From a virus (lineage: Duplodnaviria > Caudoviricetes): a stretch of DNA of 64,000 nucleotides. Below, piece after piece: positions 49,344-60,526 of this stretch. The first letter of the stretch is position 1. The number at the start of each line of letters is the position of its first letter. The notes under the pieces were generated by a model. That model was not told the origin of the DNA. It saw only the letters and a program-made list of their open reading frames with translations, and searched no databases. Made by a program: the position numbers and the translations under genes. The DNA lies in IMG/VR virus record IMGVR_UViG_3300028591_000117, positions 1 to 64,000 of that record; one strand, given 5' to 3'.

Positions 49344-49604
49344 CTAAATTTTTCTAACTATTAATTTAATTAACGTTTTTTCTTGGCTTTCAACCTCAGT
49401 TAGGTCAAAGCTAGGGTCTATTACAAGATTAATTCCAACTGGAGCAGCAAATGATTTAGCTATTATAACTGACTTAACAGCTTGGTTTAATGAACCAGCT
49501 CCAAGACAGCTTAATTCTAATTCATCACAATTTTTAATATTAGTAAATATTGCTCCACCTAGCTTTTTTATATCTGTACTAGATTTTACTCTAAATGTTA
49601 TCAT
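49344..49604 (-). CDS. spoVS: Stage V sporulation protein S homolog
   Basis: RVKSST...LGGAI...LGAGSLNQAVKSVIIAKSFAAPVGINLVIDPSF; start refined using AAGGAGG. Confidence 0.9.
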   Translation of the reverse strand: MITFRVKSSTDIKKLGGAIFTNIKNCDELELSCLGAGSLNQAVKSVIIAKSFAAPVGINLVIDPSFDLTEVESQEKTLIKLIVRKI

Positions 49605-49660
49605 AAATATTCCTCCTTTTTTAATGCTATCTATAATAAATAAATAAAAAGAAGACATTT

Positions 49661-50359
49661 TTAATGTCTTTTATTACTATCTTGTATATTTATTAAGATA
49701 TTTAATAAACGTAACTCAGGATTGTCTATATTAAACTCTAGAGCATTATCTATAGCTTCAAGAGTATTATCAAGCTTAACTCCTTTATACATCTCTAGTT
49801 TCTTCTTATAATTAAATGAATTACCTGTATAACTCTTAGACTTAGCTTTTAATAAAAATGTTAAAATACTAGACTCTAAAATATATGGTTTATTATTTTC
49901 TAAACATCTAAAATATGATTTTATAAACTCAAATTTAGATTTATTTAACTCATCTATCATTGTAAGAAAATTATTCTCGTCTTCAATCTTATTTATTTTC
50001 CATTTACCTGAAACCCACTTTATTTTTACCATCTCATCAAATTGGTCTTGAGGTATATTATCTATAATTTCCTCTAAATATTTAGGCATTGTAGCATTTC
50101 GCCACTTCTCAAATATTATATTTGCTATAACTCTTCTATCATCTAAGTTAATATCTGAATAAAAAGCTTTAACTATAAAATCAATGTTATTAGCTCTATA
50201 AATATTTATAAAAGTATCAGCTAAGTCATTACTTCCATAGTATATAGCTGGCTTTGTTGGTTTTTCTGGTATATTAGTTTCATTAATAAGTTGATATCTT
50301 GGAAACATAAATCTCAGCTTATTTACATTTCCAGCAGTTAATCTTTTATTTACAATCAT
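49661..50359 (-). CDS. Hypothetical protein, possibly a clamp-loader delta-like subunit
   Basis: Helical; C-terminal NPELRLLNILI reminiscent of HolA (weak). Confidence 0.35.
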   Translation of the reverse strand: MIVNKRLTAGNVNKLRFMFPRYQLINETNIPEKPTKPAIYYGSNDLADTFINIYRANNIDFIVKAFYSDINLDDRRVIANIIFEKWRNATMPKYLEEIIDNIPQDQFDEMVKIKWVSGKWKINKIEDENNFLTMIDELNKSKFEFIKSYFRCLENNKPYILESSILTFLLKAKSKSYTGNSFNYKKKLEMYKGVKLDNTLEAIDNALEFNIDNPELRLLNILINIQDSNKRH

Positions 50360-50817
50360 AATTCACCTGAAAATAACTCAACATACTTATTCATGTTATA
50401 TTTATTTTTTAAATAGTATAACTCAGGACTATTAATTGCACAATACTTATCAAAGCTAATATTGCTATCATCTTCTTTCCATAGTTCTAAAGCTTCTTTA
50501 GCACATACTAACTTTGAACTAAACTTAGTAGAATATTTAATAATGTATTTAACTTTAGGTAATATATTTTCTAAATTTGCAGTATCTTCGGCTAATATTA
50601 CGATAGGAACGTCAGTATCTAGAAATGAAGTATCTGAAGAAAAAGAACAAACTTCAAATACATTTATAGTTTTTTTAAAGGGGGTTTCTTTTGATATATT
50701 TATATGAATTTCATTTCTATTATAATGGTCTCTTACTAACTTAGCAGCTTCTCCTAGTAAAAGAACAGGTGAAATAATACTTATATTTTTTAATTGATTG
50801 CCCAAATCATATAACAT
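50356..50817 (-). CDS. Hypothetical protein, possibly a degenerate AAA+ clamp-loader subunit
   Basis: PVLLLG...IVILA...ILPKV (weak). Confidence 0.3.
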   Translation of the reverse strand: MLYDLGNQLKNISIISPVLLLGEAAKLVRDHYNRNEIHINISKETPFKKTINVFEVCSFSSDTSFLDTDVPIVILAEDTANLENILPKVKYIIKYSTKFSSKLVCAKEALELWKEDDSNISFDKYCAINSPELYYLKNKYNMNKYVELFSGEL

Positions 50818-50862
50818 AATATTAACCTCCGATACTATTATATTATATGAAAATAAAAGCAC

Positions 50863-51234
50863 TTATATAAAGTGCTCTGAAACATTTTTATGTTTATCTA
50901 CTAGTGTTAATAAGTTTTTAATATCTACGTTTAATGTTTCTAAGTTTCCTTCTCCATCATCTATAAAACTTTGAAATCCTTCAAGGTATCTTCCAACTAA
51001 AACCTCAAATACTCCTTCAGAAACATCTTCCATATCAGTAGGAGTATATGTAAAACCATAATTATCTAATAAATTAGATATTCGTTCTAAATCTCTTGAT
51101 AAATTATTTAATACAAATATTCTATCTTTATTATGTGTATCAAAATAATCTTTATATCTATTAACTAGTACTTGTAAAGCATCATCAATCTTTTCATAAA
51201 ATATTTTCATATTTTTAATTTCTTCAAAAATCAT
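50863..51234 (-). CDS. Hypothetical protein
   Basis: ATGA-coupled ORF. Confidence 0.5.
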   Translation of the reverse strand: MIFEEIKNMKIFYEKIDDALQVLVNRYKDYFDTHNKDRIFVLNNLSRDLERISNLLDNYGFTYTPTDMEDVSEGVFEVLVGRYLEGFQSFIDDGEGNLETLNVDIKNLLTLVDKHKNVSEHFI

Positions 51235-51635
51235 AACTCTATTCTCCTATCTATATAATGTCTTCTTATAAGTAATTTTCCACTACTACTTATATCTTGT
51301 TTATGTTTAGCTTCAAACTCATATAAAGCTTCGCGTATTGCTAACAATTGTTCTTTAGTTGGAGGCTTCTGTTGCCTATTAATTTCTAAAAGTATATTAT
51401 TAATATAGTTATATATTTCAAATTCTCTATCTTCTATTATATGAAGATATGGATGTGATGTATCTTTTACTAATAATGCACCATTTTCAATTGTTTTAGG
51501 TCCACCATCGGACTTTTTAATTATATGATGATAACTTAAATCATTTACAGTTCTAAAAGTATAACCCATAAAATCATAATGTTTTATTCGATAGATTTCA
51601 CGCATATCAGATATTATTTGACTCACGTTCATCAA
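51231..51635 (-). CDS. HNH-like endonuclease
   Basis: YHHIIKKSDGGPKTIENGALL...SHPYLH. Confidence 0.65.
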   Translation of the reverse strand: MMNVSQIISDMREIYRIKHYDFMGYTFRTVNDLSYHHIIKKSDGGPKTIENGALLVKDTSHPYLHIIEDREFEIYNYINNILLEINRQQKPPTKEQLLAIREALYEFEAKHKQDISSSGKLLIRRHYIDRRIEL

Positions 51636-51659
51636 TCTCCTTTAAATTATCTACATAAT

Positions 51660-51694
51660 TAATATATAAAAAGAACTCAATTTAGAGTTCTTTT
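51660..51694 (-). terminator. Terminator after nrdG fused to a class II promoter
   Basis: AAGAACTC/GAGTTCTT hairpin, then TTATATATTA. Confidence 0.7.
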
Positions 51695-52204
51695 CTATAA
51701 TTCATAAAGAATGACTTTTCCTTCAAAGATTGACTTTTTAACATCAATAATTCTTTGATTGGAACTTCCTCTAAATGGAAGAGTGATATCTCTTTTTTCT
51801 ATTTCAAATGAACCATCTACAAGAACATCTACAAAATATTGTAGAAACTCTAACCAGTCATCTTTTATATCTTCATAGGTATTTCCAGTATAAACCCAAA
51901 TCTTTATATAAGGATTAGCTTCTTTTATTAAAGAACATAAAGTCATAAGTTCTTCTTTATTTCTATCTAGTAGAGGTTCTCCACCTACAATTGAAAATCT
52001 TTTAATACCAGGCCTACAACAAGCAGCAACAATTCTATCTCTAAACTCAATAGTATATTGTTCTCCACCATCTAAGTCCCAAGCTTTTTGATTAAAACAT
52101 CCTTTACAATGTCTTAAACATCCTTGAGTATATAATGATACACCAACATCTGTACCATTAACTATCTCAAAGAAGTCTATTCCAGAGTATCTCATTATCT
52201 CCAC
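51695..52204 (-). CDS. nrdG: Anaerobic ribonucleotide reductase activase
   Basis: GCLRHCKGCFN, GGEP and FRGSSNQRIID. Confidence 0.95.
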   Translation of the reverse strand: MEIMRYSGIDFFEIVNGTDVGVSLYTQGCLRHCKGCFNQKAWDLDGGEQYTIEFRDRIVAACCRPGIKRFSIVGGEPLLDRNKEELMTLCSLIKEANPYIKIWVYTGNTYEDIKDDWLEFLQYFVDVLVDGSFEIEKRDITLPFRGSSNQRIIDVKKSIFEGKVILYEL

Positions 52205-54438
52205 TCCTCTAAATTCTTGCTATGTTTATATCTATCTTCAACTTCTTTTTGTTTACCATAATTGAATGCAGATTTATAATCACCAGTTAAATAACCTGTT
52301 ACTCTTCTTAATTGTTGAATATTATGACTTCCACACATAGGACAGTGGTCATTAAACTCATCACAATAGCCACAGTCTAAACAAGTATCATTAGGAACAT
52401 TAATAGCAAAGTAAGGTATATCTTTATCCATAGCATAATTTACTATAGTCTCTAAAGCATCTAAGTTATTTTTAGCTCCACTATCAAGTTCAATATAAGT
52501 TATACATCCAGCATTTGAGTAATTTGTTAATTCTGCTTCAATGTCTATTTTATCAAATGGACTCATCTTTTCCCAAACAGGAACATGCATTGAGTTTGTA
52601 AAATAGTCTCTATCACTAACTTTTTCAATAACTCCATATTTTTCTTTAAACTTCTTCATTGCAGTATAACATAAATTTTCTGCTGGAGTATAATATACAC
52701 CAACATTTAAATGAAGTTTTTGTTTAAACTCAGCACATCTATCTTTAAATAATTGCTCAATTCTTTTAGCTAAACTCATTCCTTCAGAAGTAGTATGATT
52801 TTTACATATCAATATTTGTAAAGTTTCAGCTAAACCTAACTGACCTATTACTAAAGTTCCATGTTTCATAGCACTTTCAACAGTTTTACCATCATAACCT
52901 AACATTAAACCGTTTTCATACATAAATTTAGCTGACTCAGGATTTTGACTTATAATATGTTTATATCTTTCTAATAACATTTCCATTGCTTCATCTATTT
53001 TAGTATTTAATATTTCCATAAATGCACTTATCGGGTCTAAACAGTCATCATTAGTTTTTCCAAATCCAGCTGCAATTGCTTTTTCTTTAGCTTCCATAGC
53101 TAAAGTAGGTAAAATAATAGTTACAGGACAAATGTTTCCACGACCATCTTTTATCTGAGCATTAGTACCAGGTTCTGCATTTATATCTTTACCATTATAA
53201 GTTCTACAACCCATAGTAGCTACATAAGTTCTAGGGTCATTTCTATCATAACCTTCATTAACTGACCAATCTACATTAGCATAATTAGGATATAACCTCT
53301 TTGCAGTTGATTTTAAAGCTAATTTAAATAAATCATAATTAGGTTCTCCTGGTTTTCTGTTAACTCCTTTCATACATTGAAATATTCCACAAGGAAATAT
53401 AGGAGTTTTATGAACTTTTCCAACACCTTTAAGACTTCCTTCTAGTAAAGCTTTTATTACCATTCTACCTTCAGGTAAAGTACATGTTCCATAGTTAATA
53501 CTTGTAAATGGTAATTGATTACCACTTCTACTTTGTAATGTATTTAAATTATGATACATTCCTTCAACAGCTTGTTGTGTCTCTCTAGTAGTTAAATCTA
53601 AAGCATATTTATAAGCTTTTGCATAATATTTATATTCATCTGAGTCAATACTTAAATCTTCAGGATGTTCTATTTCAGCTAACTCATCATTATAAATATA
53701 TTTAAATCCATCTTTAAAATGTTTATAAAATGATTTTCTAACATAAGGAACCATAGTCCAATCTAAATGTGAAGCACTTACTCCACCAAATTGTTGTAAA
53801 CTTTGTAATTGAAATATTACAGCTACAAGCTGCATTGCTGTATTTATACTATTTGCAGGTCTTACATCTGCTTGTCTAGTATTAAAACCATTCTTTAATA
53901 AATCATCAAATGGTATTGTTAAACAGTTATGTTCTCCAACAGCATAACTATCTAAATCATGAATATATATTTCATTATTTAAATGATTATTCTTAGCCAT
54001 ATCAGATATTAAATAATCTAAAGCGTATTTCTTCATGATACTATTTCTAGCTTCACCCATTCTTCCACCAAATGAATGTTCATCAACATTAGCATTTTGG
54101 TTTTGAACGTTTGTAGCCATAACTTTTTCTTTAATTTCATTCATTAACTCAGAGTCTTTATCTCTAAGCATCTCTCTCTTATATCTATATCTAATATAAG
54201 CTCTTGCAACATCTTTTCTATTGCAAGCCATAAGTTTATCTTCAACAATATCTTGAATTTCTTCAACAGAGATATTATCTTCTAATCTTGAGATGTATGT
54301 AGCAATTTCCCAAGCTTTAGACTTAGCAAAATCACTTATCTCATTATCAACATCATTAAATGCAGACTGAACTGCATTTATAATTTTATTTTTATCGAAT
54401 GTCTCTTCTTTACCATTTCTTTTAATTACTTTTTCCAT
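52195..54438 (-). CDS. nrdD: Anaerobic (class III) ribonucleotide reductase with ATP cone
   Basis: VIKRNG ATP cone, IYIHDLD, MGCRT, TPAENL, YFTNS, CxxC/CxxC and RRVTGYL glycyl radical site. Confidence 0.97.
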   Translation of the reverse strand: MEKVIKRNGKEETFDKNKIINAVQSAFNDVDNEISDFAKSKAWEIATYISRLEDNISVEEIQDIVEDKLMACNRKDVARAYIRYRYKREMLRDKDSELMNEIKEKVMATNVQNQNANVDEHSFGGRMGEARNSIMKKYALDYLISDMAKNNHLNNEIYIHDLDSYAVGEHNCLTIPFDDLLKNGFNTRQADVRPANSINTAMQLVAVIFQLQSLQQFGGVSASHLDWTMVPYVRKSFYKHFKDGFKYIYNDELAEIEHPEDLSIDSDEYKYYAKAYKYALDLTTRETQQAVEGMYHNLNTLQSRSGNQLPFTSINYGTCTLPEGRMVIKALLEGSLKGVGKVHKTPIFPCGIFQCMKGVNRKPGEPNYDLFKLALKSTAKRLYPNYANVDWSVNEGYDRNDPRTYVATMGCRTYNGKDINAEPGTNAQIKDGRGNICPVTIILPTLAMEAKEKAIAAGFGKTNDDCLDPISAFMEILNTKIDEAMEMLLERYKHIISQNPESAKFMYENGLMLGYDGKTVESAMKHGTLVIGQLGLAETLQILICKNHTTSEGMSLAKRIEQLFKDRCAEFKQKLHLNVGVYYTPAENLCYTAMKKFKEKYGVIEKVSDRDYFTNSMHVPVWEKMSPFDKIDIEAELTNYSNAGCITYIELDSGAKNNLDALETIVNYAMDKDIPYFAINVPNDTCLDCGYCDEFNDHCPMCGSHNIQQLRRVTGYLTGDYKSAFNYGKQKEVEDRYKHSKNLEEWR

Positions 54439-54448
54439 ATATACTCTC

Positions 54449-55309
54449 CTATAATAATTTTTCATTTTCTATAGTTAAGACATTCACACGATGGGTTAAA
54501 GGTGTGCAAGTATCTATAAAAATCTTCTTACCATTCTCACTTTTAAGTATCGAATTGGTACCACTAATACTAATATTAAACTTCTCACGTATTCCATCTG
54601 TATGGTAGTGACCAACTATGATTGTTTTTTCTGTATTTTTAATTGGCTTACCATAAAAACTACCATCATCCCAAGTTAGATATTCCCAAGGACTCCAAAA
54701 TTCATAAGGACTATACTCAGGTTTATGCCAATCTTTACAAGTTCCATCAATAGATGCATGTGTAAATATATAGTTCTCAGTCTCATAAAAATAAGGTCTT
54801 TCTTCTAACCATTTAAGTAATTCAGGATAGTTTTTATTTATTTTCTCTCTAGCATATTCTTGAAATATACCAAAGACAATCTCAGTAGGTACTGAAAATG
54901 GGTCTTCGAGTATTGGTTCAACTCTATCACCATAAACTTGTGGAGCTTGTTCTTTAAAGTTAACTAAATAAGTTAAGAAAGTATCCCAACAAAGAGTATC
55001 TTCTAAAAAACTATCTAATGTTTTATTAAATCCATTATGAGCGAAATTAAAACTACAATCTTCTCCATTTAGAAAATCTTGTAGAAAACTCTCATGATTT
55101 CCTCTAATACAAATAGCTTTACCTTCATCAGATAACTTTTTAAGATATTTATAAACTTCTAAAGAATGTAAACCTCTATCAAAGTAATCTCCACAAACTA
55201 TTAATAATGAGTTATTATCATTTTCATTATAACCTGCTTTTTCTAAACTTTCTAAAAACTCTTCATAAAATCCATGTATATCAGATACACAGTATATATT
55301 TTTAATCAT
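54449..55309 (-). CDS. Calcineurin-like metallophosphoesterase
   Basis: SDIHG, GDYFDRG, GNHE, HA and GHYHT. Confidence 0.85.
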   Translation of the reverse strand: MIKNIYCVSDIHGFYEEFLESLEKAGYNENDNNSLLIVCGDYFDRGLHSLEVYKYLKKLSDEGKAICIRGNHESFLQDFLNGEDCSFNFAHNGFNKTLDSFLEDTLCWDTFLTYLVNFKEQAPQVYGDRVEPILEDPFSVPTEIVFGIFQEYAREKINKNYPELLKWLEERPYFYETENYIFTHASIDGTCKDWHKPEYSPYEFWSPWEYLTWDDGSFYGKPIKNTEKTIIVGHYHTDGIREKFNISISGTNSILKSENGKKIFIDTCTPLTHRVNVLTIENEKLL

Positions 55310-56628
55310 AGTACTAACCTTTCTAAAAAGTCTTTTCTAATAGTACATTGGTCTGCTGATTTATCAACTCTCCATTGTACTAATCTAGCATGAGCTAGTC
55401 TTAGGTTTTTATCAGACAAATCTTGGCCATCAACTGTTGCTACTTTAGCATATATGTCTGGTCTTAATTGAACTTCACCATTAAAATCTCTAACTGTTAT
55501 TGCTTCTCTAAGTTTATCTGGAAGTCCACCAACAGTACAAATATGATGTATCTTAGGCACTCCATATTCATCTAGAATAACATTATTATTCTCATCTAAT
55601 AAATATATTCCAAAGTTTAAAGAACCTACTAATCCTTCATTTCTTGTTCCTTTCTGTCCTTCATTAAAACCGATAACAAAACAATCAAAAGTATCTCCAT
55701 AGTTTTGTTCAAGAAGTGAACCTGTAACACTTCTTTTAATCTTAACCCATTCTCCAGCTCTTTTACCTTTAATATCATAAGTTGAGTCTAAATCTTTAAC
55801 TACTAAACCTTCACCACCAACTGAAACTATTTGATTATAAAAATCTCTAGTTGATAAACCATTACTATTAGCTACTAACTCAATATCTATCAAATCTTTA
55901 ATATTATTAAATGCTAATTGTAAATATTTTTTTCTCTCTCTTAAAGATAAACTTGTTAAATCTTTATTATCATACATTAAGATATCAAAGGCTATAAGCT
56001 TTATTGGATTAAGTTTTTGAAATTGTTTAGATAACTCATAATCAGCTGATAAAATAGCTGAGACCATATTTAACTGAGTGTCAGCTACAATTTCAGTTGA
56101 ATTATCTTTTATAATTTCTTTATTTTTTAAAACTAACTCACCATCAATAATGAAATTAGGAATATTTAATAGACTAAAAGTATTTATACTATCATATAAC
56201 TTCTGTCCATAATTTATAGGTAAAAAGTCATTTACTGATGTATTTCTTGAATAAGCATCTATACAATTATCTTCTCTAAACCAACAAAGTAATTGTCTAC
56301 TACCATCAATCTTTTCTTCAGCTAACCATTTATCTTGATTATTCCAAATTTCTTCTTGTTCTTCAGCAGACTTATTCTTAATCTGAAGAGCTAACATAGG
56401 TGAGTCAATTTTTAAAACCCACTCAAGTGACTTATGAAATAGTCCTTGTTCTTTATATTTTTCTATAAAATAAGACTGAAGTGCTTGAACATAGTCATCT
56501 TTACTATAGTCCAAATAATGCTCTCCAGTCTCTTTATTCACTCTATTACGTGTAGGAATAGGACTTAAACCGAGTAAATCACATTCTAATTTTAATTCAT
56601 TTAATTTTCTAGTACTTCCTTTAGCCAT
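55306..56628 (-). CDS. lig: ATP-dependent DNA ligase
   Basis: EEKIDGSR, IIDGE, AFDIL, EGLVVK and WVKIK. Confidence 0.9.
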   Translation of the reverse strand: MAKGSTRKLNELKLECDLLGLSPIPTRNRVNKETGEHYLDYSKDDYVQALQSYFIEKYKEQGLFHKSLEWVLKIDSPMLALQIKNKSAEEQEEIWNNQDKWLAEEKIDGSRQLLCWFREDNCIDAYSRNTSVNDFLPINYGQKLYDSINTFSLLNIPNFIIDGELVLKNKEIIKDNSTEIVADTQLNMVSAILSADYELSKQFQKLNPIKLIAFDILMYDNKDLTSLSLRERKKYLQLAFNNIKDLIDIELVANSNGLSTRDFYNQIVSVGGEGLVVKDLDSTYDIKGKRAGEWVKIKRSVTGSLLEQNYGDTFDCFVIGFNEGQKGTRNEGLVGSLNFGIYLLDENNNVILDEYGVPKIHHICTVGGLPDKLREAITVRDFNGEVQLRPDIYAKVATVDGQDLSDKNLRLAHARLVQWRVDKSADQCTIRKDFLERLVL

Positions 56629-56675
56629 ATAATATCACCTATTAATATTATATGAAAAAGTAATTATTTATTTTA

Positions 56676-57524
56676 TTATTGTTGGTCTACCCATAATACG
56701 TATAATGTTATATCTTCCTCAACAATGAAACTATTATCTATTATAGTTGTATTATCATCTTTAACTGTAGTTAATCCACCAAACTCTTTACCTTCAGGAC
56801 CTACAAAATTATCCTCTGGTAAAATATTGTTAATCATATTTTGATTTAAATCATAACTAGTTGTTCCTTCATCACAAGACTCAACTATTGAAGTTTCACC
56901 TTCATAAGTTCCACCATTTAAGTCAATAGTAACATTATAAACTGGTACTGGCTCTTCTTCAACTACCAATTTATCTAAATTATATTCTTTAATTAAATCT
57001 CCAACAGTAACTTTAATTCCTTGTGTATCTTTATCTGCTATACGAAGAACTATTAATCTATCTTCATCTAACTTAACAGGTCCTGAGACCCCATTAACTA
57101 CCTCAACATATATGTCATCTTCTGAATTAGTATCAACGTGTAGTACTAAATAATTTCCTGATTGCTCATCAACATTACCACTAAATCCTGTATAACCAGT
57201 AATATATTTTAATGTTCCTGTAATATCATCTCCACTAAGAGCTATATTAGTTTGTAAGTCAGAAGCAACTTTACCAAATAAATCAGTTTCATCACTAATA
57301 TCAAAATCAATAGATAAATCTTCTCCTGGTTCTTCACCTTCATTAACAACTTTTAATATAGTTTCATTAGTACTATCAAATGTAACTTTTACTTCTTCAT
57401 TTACTTCATCTAGTTGTTTTCTTAATGTTTCTGCTGGAAATTCAGCATTTACGTCTTGTCCTCTCTCTTTCATAACCTTTATAAAGTCCATGTTAGTAGA
57501 GATACCTGTTTGTAATTTCTTCAT
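56676..57524 (-). CDS. Putative virion surface/decoration protein with C-terminal InlB B-repeat-like domain
   Basis: YNVTIDLNGG...PEGKEFGG...DITLYVLW. Confidence 0.5.
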   Translation of the reverse strand: MKKLQTGISTNMDFIKVMKERGQDVNAEFPAETLRKQLDEVNEEVKVTFDSTNETILKVVNEGEEPGEDLSIDFDISDETDLFGKVASDLQTNIALSGDDITGTLKYITGYTGFSGNVDEQSGNYLVLHVDTNSEDDIYVEVVNGVSGPVKLDEDRLIVLRIADKDTQGIKVTVGDLIKEYNLDKLVVEEEPVPVYNVTIDLNGGTYEGETSIVESCDEGTTSYDLNQNMINNILPEDNFVGPEGKEFGGLTTVKDDNTTIIDNSFIVEEDITLYVLWVDQQ

Positions 57525-57538
57525 TTATATTCTCCTCC

Positions 57539-58768
57539 TTAATTTAAATATTCTTTTCTTACTAAAGCAACCCATCGACCTGTTGTCTCTGCTTCAAAAT
57601 AAGCATCTTTATCATACTTAGTAATAACTCTATCTAAGTATTCATCAACTATTCTTGTTCCTTCTTCATAAGAAACTTCAGCTAAAAAATAAACTCTTAC
57701 ATAATCATTATTATCTTCATCTTCTTCAAATTCTATACTACAGTAATCTTTTACTTCATCTTCTTCAATATAAAGTACTTTAGATGCTCCTTTAATCATA
57801 GCTTCTTCTAAGTCTTGGTCAAGATGAAGTGTTTTATATAATAAATCAATATTCATATTTTCTGTTAATTTATTTTTATTAACAGCTCTAATATTACCAT
57901 TTTCATTTATTAAAACATAATTTCCTCTAGTATAATAACCATTTTCATTTAACCTAAAACCTTTAAATCCATGATTTCTAGGAACATTGAACATTTCAGT
58001 AAAGTGTTTTTTAGGTTTACTTGGTTTTTGTAAACTTCCAACCTCTTGGTCTTTCTTTCCAGCTATATCTGAACATTGAGTACCTTCACAACCTTCATCT
58101 AAATCTTCATCATAATCTTCTTCATCATCAGAATAATTAACTTCAGCGTTACTAAATATACTAGATAACTCAGAAGCCATTGCAGAAATATTATCAAATG
58201 TTGACGCTAAATCTTCAATAGATGTTCCGATATCTGCATAAGAACCTCTTCGAGCATTCTTAATTTCATAAGCAACACGGTCAACATAGTCAAAGAAATC
58301 TGTAGTTAAATCTTCTACATCTTCACCCCAACCATCTTCAGAGTTACTACTCATAGTAATATCTTGCTCTTTTAATGCAGTCTTATCTCTAAAGTCCTCT
58401 ATTAGAAGTTTATCTCCTTTTCCTCTAGCTATTTGAGTATCACTTTCCATTATTTCTAAACCGTTTAAGTTTATTAGTGGTCTAAAATTATGAGCTTTAG
58501 TTTCAGAGACACACTCCTTCATTAAATTATTACACTCATTAAGATAACTTATATAATCTTTATGAGTATACTTAGACTCATTAATAGACTTAACATTATA
58601 TTTAGTATTTAATGTTAATAAAGCACTACCATAAGCACCTTTAGAAATTAAACTCTCTAATATCTCTCTATCATCTTCAGAAACTGGTTCATATTCAATA
58701 ACAGACTCATTAACTTTAACTTTATTACCATCAAGTTTGAAGTTCTTTATAGGCATTGTTATAAACAT
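57539..58768 (-). CDS. Putative prohead core/internal protein
   Basis: Dense VNES, ILES, INES, LNEC, IMES, LKEQ, LDEG and LTEN motifs; downstream of a class II promoter. Confidence 0.5.
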   Translation of the reverse strand: MFITMPIKNFKLDGNKVKVNESVIEYEPVSEDDREILESLISKGAYGSALLTLNTKYNVKSINESKYTHKDYISYLNECNNLMKECVSETKAHNFRPLINLNGLEIMESDTQIARGKGDKLLIEDFRDKTALKEQDITMSSNSEDGWGEDVEDLTTDFFDYVDRVAYEIKNARRGSYADIGTSIEDLASTFDNISAMASELSSIFSNAEVNYSDDEEDYDEDLDEGCEGTQCSDIAGKKDQEVGSLQKPSKPKKHFTEMFNVPRNHGFKGFRLNENGYYTRGNYVLINENGNIRAVNKNKLTENMNIDLLYKTLHLDQDLEEAMIKGASKVLYIEEDEVKDYCSIEFEEDEDNNDYVRVYFLAEVSYEEGTRIVDEYLDRVITKYDKDAYFEAETTGRWVALVRKEYLN

Positions 58769-58771
58769 GTA

Positions 58772-58945
58772 CTATTCCTCCTTATCATTTTGAGCTTCTT
58801 GTATCTTTCTGACTAACTCTACTTTAAATTTGTTTGTCTCTAATGTATGACTACAATATGGACAAACAAGTTTATTGTTTATAATCTTTACTTTAGACAG
58901 TGGTATTTCTTCTAAACAATCTTTACAAATATATTTATTTTCCAT
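58772..58945 (-). CDS. Small zinc-ribbon protein (57 aa)
   Basis: Read by hand: YICKDC...LVCPYC. Confidence 0.5.
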   Translation of the reverse strand: MENKYICKDCLEEIPLSKVKIINNKLVCPYCSHTLETNKFKVELVRKIQEAQNDKEE

Positions 58946-59000
58946 ATCACTTAGTCTATGAAACTCAGCTCTAAAATAATATATAAAAGACGAACTAATA

Positions 59001-60526
59001 TTATTCGTCTATATTCCAATCATCAAATTTATTAAATACTCCTTGTAGCTCTTCTTCTGTAATTAACTTACCTTTAGTAAATGCCCAAAGTAAAGACCTT
59101 CTTAAAGTACTCATAAACTTCTGTTCATTATCATAAGTAGTATAAGGTAGTGTATTCATCTTACCAAATAAACTTTCAATAAGCTTCATATTCTTCTCCA
59201 TACATAATCTTTTATATGTATCTGTAGTTCCAAATGCTTCAATTATATCTATATATTGTTTACTAAATTCAGTATCTACACGAGTTATTCTACCAATTAT
59301 CTGCATTATCTTAGCTATATCATAAGGTAAATCATAAAAAATAATTGCATTAGCTTTTTGAAGATTTATACTCTCACCACCAGCTGAAGTTATAAGTAAA
59401 GGTTTATCTACTGCTATTATATCTTGAATTCTTTTTCTTTCAGACATTGATACTCCACCTTTAATTATTAATGTATTTGAAACTCCTAAATCTCTTTTAA
59501 AAGCTCTTATTAAATAATCTAGTCTCTCAAGAACTGATACATACTCACAATATATTATAGTTGGTTTATTCTCTCTGATATTTTGTAATAATACTTTTAA
59601 TAATAATTTTTCTTTATTTGAAATTTCTTCTCTATCTATTTCATCAGAAACATTATCTACAACAAATGTTATATCTCTTAGTCGAACTGACCAAAAATCT
59701 TTAGCTTTCTCAGACATTTTACCACCAGAAGCTTTTAGATAATTCTTAGTTTCAGTTTCATTAAGATGAGTTGTATGATAGTTAAACTCTAAATTATACT
59801 CTTTTTGTCTTACTATAATTACTTCATTTAAAATAGATTGTAATCTCTCTATATTTTTATATCCAACTATTTCTTCTATTGTTCTTTGAACTTTCTGTCT
59901 ATTTCTTGTAGTTTGCGTTATTCTTTTTCTATTAATAATTAAATAGTTATATTTAAAATTAGACCACGCTCCTAAAAGACTTGGATTTAATAATGTAATC
60001 ATCCAATACATTCCTTCTATATTATTTTTGCAACTAGTAGCTGTTAAAAAATATAATATACAAAATATCTTTCTTATTTGTATAAATTGTTTATACATAT
60101 TAGACTTAGGATTTTGTAGTCCATTATGACTTTCATCAACAATTCCTAAAAGTTTATGCGTTTTATACAACTCAGCTAAAGTTGGTATTGCTTTATCGAT
60201 GCATGTATTAGATATTAATAAAAATCTTCCATTAGGATTTTTAAATGATTTCTCAGTACTTATCATTGAATAGCTTACATGTAATTTTTCAGTTAACTCT
60301 TTTTCAAAAGACATTAAAGCTTTAGGTGGAGCTATAACTATAGTTATCAAATCTCTATTCTTTAACATGAGTTGAGTTGCTAAAGTAACTGCTGTATAAG
60401 TTTTACCTAAACCAGTTAAGTCTGGCCAGATATAACTGCATAAGGTCTTCTTATTGCAAAGTCTATCATTTCATTTTGTTCTTGTTTTAATGGAAACTCT
60501 TTTGATAGTGTATAATCTGGAACCAT
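59001..60526 (-). CDS. SF2 (SNF2-like) helicase, reading frame interrupted by 5 nt at Walker A
   Basis: AAGGAGGTG plus ATG at 60526 gives MVPD...LKQEQ...AVISGQT then stop. TGLGKT continues in the frame of ORF 59001-60368 (IVDESH, LTAT, GGESINL, QIIGRITR). Confidence 0.85.

Noticed and set aside
3101-50707. All plus-strand ORFs in the track (3101, 5106, 6862, 10903, 18411, 21059, 24877, 25072, 32401, 37472, 38524, 39203, 42753, 42862, 43632, 44576, 46881, 50462)
   Set aside because: Antisense shadows of real minus-strand genes: S/L/F/I-rich, no RBS, against the uniform gene orientation.
60391-60400. 10-mer CTTATACAGC shared between the helicase mRNA just after the gap and the tRNA anticodon arm (62640-62649)
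   Set aside because: Identical rather than complementary, constrained by the GKT-Y-T-A codons, and no mechanism is evident; probably chance.
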